The position numbers and the translations under genes are program-made. A stretch of DNA of 64,000 bases, from contig CM119266.1 of the NCBI GenBank assembly GCA_051294375.1, forward strand, positions 3,639,098 to 3,703,097, given 5' to 3'. This DNA is from Paraspadella gotoi. Lineage: Eukaryota > Animalia > Chaetognatha. The notes beneath the pieces are model-generated. The model was not told the origin of the DNA. It saw only the letters and a program-made list of their open reading frames with translations, and did not search any database. Position 1 is the first letter of the stretch, and each line of letters begins with the position of its first letter. Of this stretch, positions 49,265-62,182 are shown piece after piece.

Positions 49265-52200
49265 ATGACTTGTAATAGGTGGTCGAGGCTTTTTAATTGG
49301 GGACCTCTAATGTCACTTACTTTAATATTTTATATTTCTTCTTCGGCTGTTTATTGTCATCAAATTTGGTGGCGTTTGGTTGAAATAAGTTCCATTAGTC
49401 ATTTAGTTGTTTTTTTATTTTTCGTGAGTTTGATCTTGTGGAATTTTTTTCGTGCTTCATTGATTGGGCCTGGATTTCTACCTTTAAGATGGAAGCCTCT
49501 TAAAGAGATAGATAAGAAATATTTACAGTTTTGTGAATTGTGTCAAGGGTACAAAGCCCCAAGGTCTCATCATTGTAGATGCTGTAACAGATGCATCTTA
49601 AAAATGGATCATCATTGTCCTTGGATTGGAACTTGCGTTGGATTCAAAAATCAGGCAAATTTTATTTTATTCCTTCTCTTCGTTATTTTTGGTTGTGTTC
49701 ATTCAAGTATTATAACAGGCATTATGTTATTTCAAACCTTTGCATGGCAATCTAACGCGAAACATGGTTTAAAAGAATGCCTTCAAATGAAGTTAGATTA
49801 TCCTGAAAAGAAATTGTATATCTATGAGAGCGACGATACCGGCATGATATGCAATTTGTATCCTTATCTTAATGTGAATTATAATGAAATGATATATATT
49901 ATAACTGGATTTATGCTGGGTGCTGTTGTTGCTTTTTTAATAACACTTTTTAGTATGGGAGAAATTAAGGCTATACTTGAAAATAAATCTGATATAGAAA
50001 ATTGGATAATTGAAAAAGCACTGTACCGTAGAGAATTAGCTTTTTTACGATCACAAAAAAAACAAAAAAAATATAACATATATCCATTTGTTTTCCCTTA
50101 TGATATGGGGTATATGAACAATTTTTTACAAGTATTTGGTTGGTCATTTTATGACCATTGTGATGGAACTGATTGGCCGGTCATTGATAGTCGGTATCGC
50201 TTCAGTTTAACAGTTGAACAGAAGGAGCAGAAAGCTGACAAGAAAGCAAAGGCATTATTGCATGAGGTCGTCAAAGAATATTCAGGCGAATGTTGTGTTA
50301 AAGAATCTGGAATAATGGTATTAACCATTGATGTGGCATTGCTATTGCGAAAGGTCTTTTGTAAGTTACTAAGGTCACCCTTTGGTGATGACTCGCCAAT
50401 ATCTGATTAGTATTAAATTTCAAATATAAAATATAATGTTTATAATGAAAAAAAGTCATTTTACATAATTTTTTTTACTTATGAAATTGGTACAACCAAT
50501 ATAAAAGTTATCCAATAAATGTAAATCGCTCTCAAGGGCTTAAACTGAACTGTTACTGCGGCACTAATAATATTTTTTTAAATTTGCATCATTTTTCCAA
50601 CTTGCATCATTTTTTCAACTTGCATCATTTTTTCAACTTGCATCATTTTTTCAACTTGCATCATTTTTTCAACTTGCATCATTTTTTCAACTTGCATCAT
50701 TTTTTCAACTTGCATCATTTTTTCAACTTGCATCATTTTTTCAACTTGCATCATTTTTTCAACTTGCATCATTTTTTCAACTTGCATCATTTTTTCAACT
50801 TGCATCATTTTTTCAACTTGCATCATTTTTTCAACTTGCATCATTTTTTCAACTTATATCAGATTTAAAAATAAATTAAGATAAAAAATATAGAATATAA
50901 TATTTAATTATATAGTTTTTCTGTTAAAAAAATGATGTTAATTAAGAAATTATTAAATTATTTGGAATGATATAAATTTAAATATAAATTGTTATTTTGT
51001 ATAAAAGCAGGTGTAAAAGTAAATCTAGCAGGTGCAGATAAAATTTATTATGCATGTTCCTTTGTTTCGTAAAAAAGAATAAGACATTGGTAAATAATTT
51101 TGAAAACTTAATCAAAAGTACTATCTTGTCATACTGAATGCTTTTTTGTTTGGGAGCCCTCTCGTAAATAAAGCTTAAAATAAAAAAAACTTAATTTGAA
51201 TGTTGTTTTGTTTCACAAAAAAGAACAAGACCTTTAAAAATGTATTCTTTTGACCTAAAAAAAATTTCTTTGTTTATGGTGCGCTCTGGAAAGATATGTT
51301 GAAAATATGCAAATGTGCTCAAGGTTCTTTTTATAGGAGGAAAAAGAAAATGGAAATATACCATCTCTGGAATGATAAAAAACTGAAAGGTTGCCGCTGG
51401 ACATTGTGGACAAGAGCTTAGGCTAAGTCGAAAAATTTTTCCAAACTCAGTTTTTTTTTTAATTGCAGTTGAAGTTGGTAAGTTAATTTTTGAGAAAATT
51501 TGATAACTTTTGTACTAATTTTGCAAAATATAGACTCAATTCAAACATCTATATGTCAAACGATATCAGTAAACCGAGAGCTATTTTGTGTAAAGCGATG
51601 CAAATGAAAAATAGGTGGGTTCAGACAAAATAGCAAATCTCTATAGAAATCAATAGGAATCTGAATCAAAATGCTGTTATTAAGGAATGAAAGAAAACCT
51701 CCTAGTAGGAGAGAGGAGATGACGGAAAAAAATGGATAAAAAAAAGGGAAAAAATGACCGAAATTTAAGGGTAAGCGATTTATAATAAAATATCTTGCCC
51801 TTGACTTTAGACAGGCTTTGGTGGTTTAAGGCGTCCTTTACTCTTACCCGGGGGGACTCGTCAGGGATGGTGGGGATTCCTCGGGTTTGGGCTCAAGCGA
51901 TTGACAGTAAAGTTGAGGGAGGGATAAAGGAGGGACTTGAGGGCTCGGCCATGACCATGGACAGGAGGCTGGGCTCGGGTTTCGGGAGAGCCCAGTAGGT
52001 GATATTAGGGTTAGGGCTCGGCAATGGACGAGAAGCCCAGGTTTGGGTGAACTGGGTATTGGTTGGTAAGAGGCTCTCTTAGGATGTCGCAAGCCAAGGG
52101 AACAGGCCTGGGTTAGTGTTGAGGCCAGGTTCAGGGTTGAGCGGGAGGCTCGCTAACGATGTCGCAAGCCGGGGAACGGATTAGGATTAAGGGAGCAAAG

Positions 52201-54375
52201 GCCGAAGGTCTTTTTTTCAGTGTCTAATTCAATAATTGGTATATTAAAATAATGTTCCATTAAAAATTATTAATAAGCTAAATAAACCTAAATTGATTAA
52301 TGATTAGACCGAACAAGTCAAAAATAATATTTTATTTTTATTAAAATAATAATTCAGTTAACAATGTTTAAATGGATCATAGGTAAAATGTAGCGATAGC
52401 TGCTAAAAAATGTTCATGATTAATTTTTTTGGTAAACTTGTTTTTGATAGCATTAAAACGTTTAATGAAAATTTTTTAAGACAGATTTACAATTTTTGTG
52501 CTTAAGAGGAAGGGCCATTCAGCTTAACTATTCGTAGACATTTATGTATCACAGCTATAAAATCAAAAAATACATCGTAGTCATCAGTAATAAAAAAAAT
52601 CTTTTTTTATTTATATGTAAACATTTCGTTTCAAATATTTTTTTTTAATCGGTAAATAACGTGAGTGCCAAATTGAAATGGTAAGCACATTTTTAGAAAA
52701 TCTTTTTTCTATCTGGTTGTTCAAAAATTGCAGGTAAAATGTTAAAACACGGTAAATGGAAATTTTGAAGGGGAGAGTAAAGTAATTAAACTCGTTACTC
52801 TGCTGGTTTGCCAGTCATGAACAAAATCTTTAGTTAAATCGATGGTAAAGAAATTCGAGCTACAATGAAACAAGTTTGAGCAAACAATGTCGGATCTGCC
52901 TACGATAATATTAAGCGGTAATCAACTAATCAGATGATAAATCACAATATTTTTTTAAATAACTCGCATCATTTTTTCAATTTGCATCATTTTTACAATC
53001 CGCATCATTTTTTTTCACTTGCATTTTTTTTCCACTGGCATAATTTTTTTCAACTTGCATAATTTTTTAAATTGTATAATTTTTTTACATTAATTGATTA
53101 AAAGATTTATTAGTAATCATAAATAATAAAGATTCAAGTAAAAGTGACTGCTTTTTCCATTTAAACTTATTTCCACTGGCACAATTCTGTCAAAACTTTA
53201 TGTCAAGCTTCTTCACACACTTTCCTACCCGCATACAAAATTTCATCTCAATCTATTAATTCAATTATGATTAATTCGAGTAATTATGGGTTAAAATGAG
53301 TAAAAAGATTCAAGTAAATGTGACTCATATTTTTTTCATTTAAACTCATTTCCACTTGCACGTTTCCACCAAAACTATATATCAAGCTTCGTTACACACT
53401 TTCTTACCCACACACAAAATTTTATTCCAATCCAACCACCCAATCACAAGTTATTGGAGCTTTTTGCTAAGGTGGGACGGACGGACATCATTTTTATTGC
53501 ATAATTTATCATAATTCGATGTTCTGACATGATGTAAGTGATTGCCCGACAATATTGAGGGGGTGGACCGACGGACCGACAAAGTGAATTATAGAGTCGG
53601 GATTTGCTGAAAGCAGATCTGACTAAAAAAAGAGTTGCAGCCTAAACAATTGCAAGTATTTCAATTTAAAAATATGTTTAGCAATCTTAAAAACATTTGT
53701 GAAAATGTAATAGAGAAATATTTGTAGAAAAATTGTTTCAGATAGGAGGAATTAAGGGTCAGCCTAAAAACACTCTGTTTTCAAGGATGCAAGTTGAAAT
53801 TAAAAAATGTTTCTCAATTACATTTTTCTTATTCACTAATAGAAAATTCAAAAAAAATATCAGGTAATTGGTTTTTTCGTTTTGCCTGCATCTCTTCAGA
53901 TAGGTTTCTTTTATTTTATATTATAATTTAAACTGATATAAAATGGCCTAGAATGCACTAAATGGTTTTTAAAGTTTATTAAAGTGAATACTTTTTCAGA
54001 ATCTCCAGAAGCTCAGCTTTTTGAATCTGGACTCCATTTTGACATTTTTTAAAGTTGATTTGAATGACCCTTTGTCTTTAATAAGTAGAATGTTTAATTG
54101 CTTATTGTACACTATTCTATTATAGCAATAACCGAAGTGCATTTTGAGCATAACCTTTGAAGCAATAGAACGTCTCAACAAATATTTAGTATACTTGTTT
54201 ATGCTGTAGCCAGCAAGAAACTCTTCCATTAAAAGTTGGTGAAAGTATTTATGTTACGAGGAGCGACAAAAAGTGGATGTATGGATGGCGTCCATCAAAA
54301 GAAAGCAGAAGTGAAGAAAAAGGGTGGTTTCCAAGAAATTGCTTAAATGTATTGGGAAAAGAAAAAAGTGACTGA
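49265..54375 (+). CDS. ZDHHC6: Palmitoyltransferase ZDHHC6 (large first exon from 49265 to ~50320-50375; SH3 exon ~54190/54210-54375)
   Basis: RLFNWGP N-terminus, CQGYKAPRSHHCRCCNRCILKMDHHCPW, FVFPYDMG, DGTDWPV, SLTVEQKEQKADK, EYSGECC. The distal frame QQETLPLKVGESIYVTRSDKKWMYG...KGWFPRNC matches the ZDHHC6 SH3 domain. Exact junction unresolved. Confidence 0.9.
50584..50854. repeat. Homogeneous 18-bp minisatellite (TTGCATCATTTTTTCAAC) x ~15
   Basis: Near-perfect tandem units; diverged units also occur at 52965-53085. Confidence 0.97.
52868..53628 (-). mobile_element. Full-length family A Helentron/DINE-1-like element with internal 18-bp repeats
   Basis: Ends aaacaagtttgagcaaacaatgtcggatctgc and gagtcgggatttgctgaaagcagatctgactaaaaaa. 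Confidence 0.82.
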
Positions 54376-55641
54376 TTTTTCTGGATATATTTTTAAATTT
54401 TGACAATATACATAAAAGGCAGTGAAGGGGCTTCTGATTTTAAATACTATCAAAATACTTTTAGATTATATCAAATTGAAAAAAACTTTTAGGTTTTTTA
54501 ATTGTATTTCTCAAATGAAGATATTTTTTAAAATAATAGGTATAATTTTTTTTCTTTGAAAAAACGTTTACTTTGAATAATTTTTCCAGATCATAAAATA
54601 ATGGAACCTTACTTGATTGGTTTTAGCAAGTAGTTTTAAACTTGCATATGCCAAGAAACTATGAAGAAAAAACTTATGTCCCAACTATAAATCATTCGTT
54701 ATTTGACTTAATTTTAGGAGGGAAATATTTTATCGCAAAATATATAATAGATAATTTGCTATGAGGAAAGGCAAATTTGGACCTTTTTCCTGCGGCTTAA
54801 TTTTTAGTCAGGTATGTATTCTACTTTATCGCTCTATAGTCTTTGCAAAAAAAAATGTTTGTCCGTTTATCATTTTGTATATTTTTGGGTAATTAGTACT
54901 TAGTAGTGGGTAGGAGGCATTAATTTTCGCTCGCATAACGTTTTAAACGATGAAAAAATAATCAGATATTAGCACTATTTCCGGGACCGCCCCGTTTTTG
55001 TTTTTAATCACTGACCCTGGTACCATCTTGATTTGAGCTATTTACAGTAACCTTTATTTTTAATATCGGGTTGGAGATAGTAAATGTTAATTTTATTTTA
55101 TTTCAAAGGCAACACTAAAGAAATGATTACTATTGGATATTTAATAGCGTAGACGTAGACTGCTATAGGGTTTACATTTTTAATTCTGGATCTTTTGTTT
55201 TTTGTGGAAAAAACATCGATTAGCTAGAGGGCGAGTTTGTTATGTTTAATGACTAAACAAAGTTTTCAGCATGCCCTTAAAGACGAAGCTGGAAATTTTT
55301 TTTCTTTATATGCAGATACAAAAACCCTTCCTACTCATTTTTATTCAAAAACACAACCTTTTTAATTTTTTAACTTATATTTTCACATTTGCTATCTGAA
55401 CGCATTTAGTCATTAAATCCAAGAAATGCTCAAATTATTAATGAAGTTCACTTTTTATCCTAAATACAAATTTAAAGAAGCGAGATAACCATGAAAGCAA
55501 TTCAATTTTCCCAAACAAAAAAAATTGCTCCGCAATTCAGATTGCTATCATCGTAATAATATATTTTATTTTTATACCGCTATTGCAGAAAACATTTTGC
55601 GTATATTTAAGTATTGGGCTGGTTCTCACTCTTGAATTGTC

Positions 55642-57422
55642 ATGGCAACTCGGGATCAAGCAACACTCCTTCTCCGCAAACAACTCAATGAACTTAATAA
55701 GAACCCTGTTGAGGGATTCAGTGCTGGTATTATTGATGAAATAGACATTTACAAATGGGAAGTTTTGGTCATTGGTCCTCCGGAAACACCCTACGAAGGA
55801 GGATTTTTCAAAAGTCACCTCATATTTCCAAAAGACTATCCATTGAAACCGCCGAAATTAAAATTTATATCCGATATTTGGCATCCAAACATAGGTGAGC
55901 TAATATAAATAAGTAATAAATAATAAAAATAAGTTTTAGCTCTCTCTCCCTATTTTTCTCTCTTCGTCAAAATGTTTGTCAAAATTTCTTATAAAATTCA
56001 CACTGTGCTGAAGAAGACTCGAAAAAGAATCGAATTCGAAACATGTCCGTTTCAAATATAAAACTCGTTGTTTGTAAAAAAAAATAATCTGTTTTCTCTC
56101 TCAATTTTAAAACTAAAATCTTTTGACTAATTATAGTAAATAATATAAGGATTGAATAATTAATAACAACCATAACTGCATAATTATTTATAATTTATCA
56201 TTACTACAATTAACAAATAAATAAATTTAGTTAATTAAAATATTAACTACTTACCGTTATTAATCTAATCAATGTATAATTAATTAATTAATCATCTGAT
56301 TAGCAGCTGACCGCTAAATTTCCGGAATACGGAATTGTTTGCTCAAACTTGTTTTTAATTCTGGTTCTGGTTTTTATGTATTTTATATCTTTTTTATAAC
56401 CATATGTTTTTATAGAAACTTTTATTTTCAAACTTCAGATTATTTTTTCAATTTTATGGCGGTTGCCATTTCAGATGTTCACAATCGATCAATTGTAACA
56501 GCGCTTAAGACAAAATCGGGCAAACCCATTTTTTAAATAGAAGTACTTCGATAAAAATATTTTTTAATCTATTACTTAAAAAATTTTCATATTTCTCTCG
56601 AAGAGCAGTTTAAGCGGTTTTAATGTTTTTAAAATACAGTACTGCCATTAACCAAGTTCGATTTGTTAATTTTTTTGACAGACAAAGATGGATATGTTTG
56701 TATCTCAATTCTTCACGAAGCCGGCGATGACAAGTACGGCTACGAATCCGCTTCAGAACGTTGGCTGCCTATTCACACAGTTGAAACCATTATGTTGAGC
56801 GTTATTTCGATGCTTTGTGAGTATTTCTTGAAGCTTTACAACAAATTAGGGAAAAGTCAGAAGTGGGCTTATTATTTAAAATAAAATTATTATTATTAAA
56901 ATTTTAATTCATGGACCCCTTCGTTTCGGCCGCAAGGTCATTTTCGACCGTTTCTTGGTCATCCCAGGTCATTGATCTACCTCGGCTTTAATAAACCTTA
57001 TATACTTTACCTTGATATATCTTACACATGAATTTTAAGTCTTTCCCATCAATAATCGAGGATTTTCTGTCAATTGAAAGTTAATATAAATGGTAGATTG
57101 TGTAGACGAATAACAAGACGCCTAAATAAGTGAATAAAGTCGTTCTTGCTTTTAAATTTTTGTCATCCACACGTGGTGAGCCAAAATAGTTCTTAATCTT
57201 AAACTTCTGACCCATTGAACTTAATTGGGTTTTTTAATATCTGAATAATAATATCTGATAATGATGATTACAAAATTACTTACTTTTATTCCAGCTGACC
57301 CTAATGACCAATCTCCGGCTAACGTCGATGCTGCAGTCGAATGGCGAAATGATTACCCTTCCTTTCGGAAAAGGGTGCTTAAGTGCGTGCGCAAGAGCCA
57401 ACAGGAAATAGAAGATAGTTAA
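55642..57422 (+). CDS. UBE2G1: Ubiquitin-conjugating enzyme E2 G1 (Ubc7 family), exons 55642-55894, 56682-56816, 57295-57422; 171 aa
   Basis: [21 protein letters not shown]...WHPNI|[43 protein letters not shown]|[14 protein letters not shown]..; both introns are GT-AG, phase 1. Confidence 0.97.
55940..56075 (+). mobile_element. Hammerhead-family fragment in UBE2G1 intron 1 (sense orientation)
   Basis: gtg CTGAAGA agactcgaaaaagaatcgaattc GAAAC ATGTC cgtttc; the flank resembles 36260-36375. Confidence 0.62.
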
Positions 57423-57754
57423 CCTATTACATAGGTCGTTTCCTCTTGTTCATTTCACGTTGTCTTTGAATCAATAGCGCTTATTAAAAATGCGTTCATT
57501 TATTATTTCATAAATATATTACAGTTATGAAATTAGTACAAACAATATGAAAATTATCAATTTATGTAATACACAACCTCGTGACCTGACTTTGGACAGG
57601 GTATGGTTTAATCTCGCCAGTCTAGGTCTTGGCCAGGTTTGGGCGAGATAATTATTTAATTGTGCTTCTAAGTGTTACCCCGTGAGCCAAATCGACTGAT
57701 AAAAAATTTACGATACCACTTGACAAAATAATCATTGCTTAAAAAGGGTTTAAA

Positions 57755-58676
57755 CTTTTTATCGCTTGGCGTTTGCGACGATATTGTAACGCTTTTGCGC
57801 ATAAGTAACGTCGTCGTTGTCGTCGGCGTTCCAAATTTTAGATCGCCTTTTTTATGATTAAATTTGGGTGTATGAAGCTAAAAATTTATATTCAGCTTCT
57901 CATCATCGATGTGCTTAAAATTGAGTCTGGACAGTTATTAAATATGTTTTGTTTACGTTTTATCAAAACAAACAAATTTTCTCTCTTTTATTTTTATTTC
58001 TCTCTCTTTTCTCTTTTAATTACATGTCTCTCTCCCTCTCTCTTTTCCCTAGTCACTGATTCATAGACAAAGGGGGAAAAAAACGAGTCTGCAGGGGCTC
58101 TTTCTTTTTCTCTCTTTGCTTCTGCTGCTGCTTTTGGATTTTTTTTCTGGGTGCTGCTGCCGCTGCTGATTTGTCTGAAAACGATTTGGCTTCTCTCTCT
58201 CTCTCTCTGATTAATTTTTTCCCTTTTTAATATTATCGCCATTTATTCCCAAATTTATATCCGAAATTTTTCTAAATATTCTAAATATCAATCAGAATAA
58301 TATTTTTTTAAAATATATATTTACTTTATTATTTTATTTTACTTTACTTCATTTTACTTCACTTCGTCAGTCTGATTCAAGTTTCACTTTAACTTTAACA
58401 GTGTTTAGAGAGGTCGCATTCAAACGAACTGTTCGCTTATGCGGGCTAAAAGTAAAACAAAAGTACCTTCAATAATGTCTCTCCAGACTTAGCGCTTGCT
58501 AAAAATTAAACTCGAAAATAAGTTATTTTACTGTTTTATATTTATTTTTCTTTTTTTTTCTTTTTCTTTGTTTATAAATTTTTTTTTTTCAAATTTGATT
58601 TTTTTAGTATCAAAATTTGTTGTCAATCCAGATTTTTCTTATGCGATTGCAACGATCCTTATGCTTTTAAGATTTT
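57755..58676 (+). mobile_element. Helentron/HINE-like family B element with 3' end
   Basis: Body nearly identical to 36840-37590; 3' cgattgcaacgat (inverse of the 5' subterminal repeat) plus hairpin cttatgcttttaag and a T run. Confidence 0.75.
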
Positions 58677-58918
58677 TCAAATTGCTTTCCTAATTGGTCA
58701 AGACAATCTTCAAATAGCTAAAAAAAATTTTCGTAGATTTTTTATCAATACAAAAATTATATCATTGTTAATAACTTTTGTTTCTGCTGCCTAACCTTTT
58801 TAGTCAATATCATTTTGAATAACATTTTTTTTTACAATGATATATTTTATCTACTAAACAATAGACTTAATCAAAATCGAAAATTACCATAAATATTGAT
58901 AAACGACTGAATTTATAC

Positions 58919-59105
58919 TGTAGTCGGGCATTGCATAAGTTCACCCCGCCTATAAGTGTGACACCTTCAGTTGAAACCCGGTTGCTCATTGACTAAAGCC
59001 ATCAGCTCATGACCACTAGGTACCGGGTTCAATCCCAATTCAGTACCTACCTTACAGGAAGCGTGAGGACGGCCGTAAGCCGCCTTGGGGGATTGGAACC
59101 AGGCT
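58919..59105 (+). mobile_element. tRNA-Met(CAT)-related element (family M)
   Basis: TGTAGTCGGG leader, TTGCTCATTGAC A-box-like motif, CTCATGA loop, B box GGTTCAATCCC. Confidence 0.72.
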
Positions 59106-61570
59106 TGAATATGCCTTTTGAATTGATAATCTTCAAGTTACAATCTTTAATTAACGATCTCAAAATATTTTTTCTTCATGAATTAATTTTACCATTAGTC
59201 TTGCTGGCGAGATCACTACTCTTTGAATTTTTTAGCATCAACTGATCATCAGTTACAAAATTAGTATACCAAAAATTGACAGGCGGGCAATTGAGTTTAT
59301 TTTGAGAAAATTTTGTCACGTATGCCCACGGTAGCTAATTAGCTAATCAGTTGATATGAAGGTTTTTCTCTGATGAGGTAATTGGGATGCCGTAAGCGAT
59401 GTATTTTTCCTCGCTTACGTTCCCCCCCTCGGGGACCCCCTCGCCTCCTTTTTAGCGTTAGCCACCTACTTTATTTACCCAGATAACCTCCGTATTTACT
59501 TCCAACATCGCCTCAGGCTTTTTACGGTATAATATTTAAATTTTGATTTTAATAATGTTTTTTCAATTAGGGTTTAAATAACATTGTCACAATGATTGTG
59601 ATGATGAGACCGGAAATGAAATTCGTTACGCGCATTGACGCCACTGGATCTGAGACGTTGGCACAAATCGCGGGCGTTGTCGGATTGGCGTGGGAGGCGC
59701 GAATTAGTTCTTAAACAACTTGTTTTGGCACCCTGAATTCGTTGAGTAACCTTAATAAAATAATATATAGAACAAAAATATATACACATGCGGCCGTATA
59801 TCCACACCGCCTCACGACAATCATCGTTCAGCCAATCCCATTGGCTCAGAGGGGGAACGCACCATCCCAGACATAGTGTTCCATCCATAGAAGAATGGAG
59901 TGATGAAAAGATTGAGCGAATGAACATTAGTTTTTTGCTGCCTCTGGACATATAATTAATAAATTTCAAATCCTTTTAAAATTTTTTTTTAGTATAACAG
60001 AATAGTAAATTCAATTATTTATGTAGTAATATCCTTATATAATCGTTAAATTTCAAAATATGTTACATGATATTTTAATGTTCGGATCGCAGAAAATGAC
60101 TAAAACGTTTTAACATATATAAGTTTCGACTATAAAGAATCCATGGTATATCCTTTCTATAAAGAATAAAAAAGGTTATGAATTTTTACCTTTCTTCCCA
60201 TTTTAAATGATGAAGATGATGGAATTTTTGATAACATGTTTTATAATTTTGATTCAACTCTTTATGAAGAATCTGATTCTTTTAATGAAGATTAAAAAAA
60301 TTATTTTTAAAATTTACTATATTATTAGAATTTTATTACAAATATATTATATTTTATTATTCTTTTCCCGAGACAATAAGAACAAAATATTTTTTGTACT
60401 AATTATTCATACTACCTCACATCTAAATATCCTTGTTCCATCATTCAAATAATTTTTTTGTTCTTGAGTGCTCCACTCTAATCCACACTGTGGATTCCTA
60501 ATGACTTCCCTCTGCATTGGCAATGCGAGACTGTCCTAGGGTAACCGCGCTCAGACGCTGTCGGAATTGCGGAATTTTCACGTCGCGCCTACAAAAGATT
60601 TTCATCTTCCTCCCAATGAATCCATGATAATAAACTCGCGATCCAAATTCTGACTGAGCTTTACCAAGAGAGAAGAGAGAGCGAGAGAAAGATATCTGTC
60701 TCTCTCGTTCCGCTGACTGTCTGTGGCCACTGGTTCCTTTTCCAGCGCAGATAGAATATAAAAAGGTCTATTCTGATAAAAAATTTATATTTAATTAAAT
60801 TAAAAACAAAATAACTTTTCAATAAATTATTTTATTTCATCGAAACGCGAAGAGATCGTTAATGGATTTAAAATCGCTTTAAAAACAAAATTAATGAAAA
60901 TTATTGGTTGAGCGCTTTCTTAAAAATTTGTTCAAAGACGTAACATATTTAGCGGTTCTATCACTTTCAGAGACAATAGAAATATTACAAATACAATATT
61001 ACAGAAAGACAGGTAAAAGGAGAGGGTAATTAAATAGTTGTGGTGAGTGTTAGAGAAACGGAGGGAGAGAAATAGTCTGAGAGATACTATGTGTGACTTA
61101 CAATTACACAGAGATATTAATCTTCTCATACTAATCTTAATCTAATCTTAATCTTCTCATACTAATCAATACTTTATTCAACTTTATTTTCTTTTCTTTT
61201 CTTTTCTTTATGCTCATCTTTGGCATCGACACTTAACAGAATTATTCCAATTTTAATTTATTATTTAACTTTGTGATACCATGATATTTAATAATATAGT
61301 GACGATGCCTATTACGCATTGTGTAAGATTTAAACTACGAATAAACCCGTTGAAGCCCGGGACGACGACACCAATGACTGGAGGTCTAGACTCTAATATA
61401 AGGTCATGTGGCCATTGAGGGAAAGGAGAAAGAGAGTCGAGGTAGCTCGGCCACACTACTGTCAAATGTGCGAAGTAAAAAAAAGTCATCAAAATATAAC
61501 TGATCACATCTGACAGATTATAGATGATCTCGTATCGAGCTTCAGGTTCATAAACGAAGCAGAAATAAAA

Positions 61571-61831
61571 CATTGTGGCGGTATATTTACACCGTCTCAC
61601 GTCCACCATCCTTCAGCCAAATCCATTGGCTCAGAGGGGGAACACACCATCCCAGGCGTAGTGTTCCATCCACAGTCCTAACGACTTCCCTCTGCGTTGG
61701 CAAAGCGAGACCGTCCTAGGGTAACCGCGCCAGTGACTGGAGGCGTCACTGAGGGTCGGAAGCCCCCAAAGCCAACAGTGAGATGCCCCATCCCAATGGG
61801 CATCACAGGCAACCCGGCTGTTGCCATAACA
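61571..61831 (+). mobile_element. Family H element, best-preserved copy
   Basis: Reverse complement of 11957-12212; A-box-like TGGCTCAGAGG and B-box-like GTTCCATCC. Confidence 0.85.
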
Positions 61832-62182
61832 TTTTCAATCAGTTCGGACAGAAAAGACCCTTACACAATATTACATTTTTATGCTGCGCATGTTTTATAC
61901 ATTAATTTTAGAAGTATTGATTATTAAACTTACCATTATAAAACAATCAGGACTAATTCGAAAGTACGTTACGAAAGGACCGTTATGATCCAAAATTCTG
62001 ATTCTAATTTTAATTCTTATTTACGCTTCCTCTTTACTGGCGAATAAAATGCGCCCCTTCGGCGAAGGCTTCGCTTCACGGGCAAACGGGACTTTGACTA
62101 TTCGTTTTTCTGATTGGTCAATTCGCCGACCAATTGAAACCCGAATCAAATTTGGTTCGTGAAATGACGACGAAGATGAAGT

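Noticed and set aside
50578-50868. (MMQVEK)n / (LHHFFN)n ORFs and a CRISPR-like appearance
   Set aside because: Head-to-tail 18-bp repeat with no spacers, eukaryotic context and no cas genes.
51385-51410. VAAGHCG resembling the serine protease TAAHC motif
   Set aside because: No supporting open frame or other protease motifs nearby.
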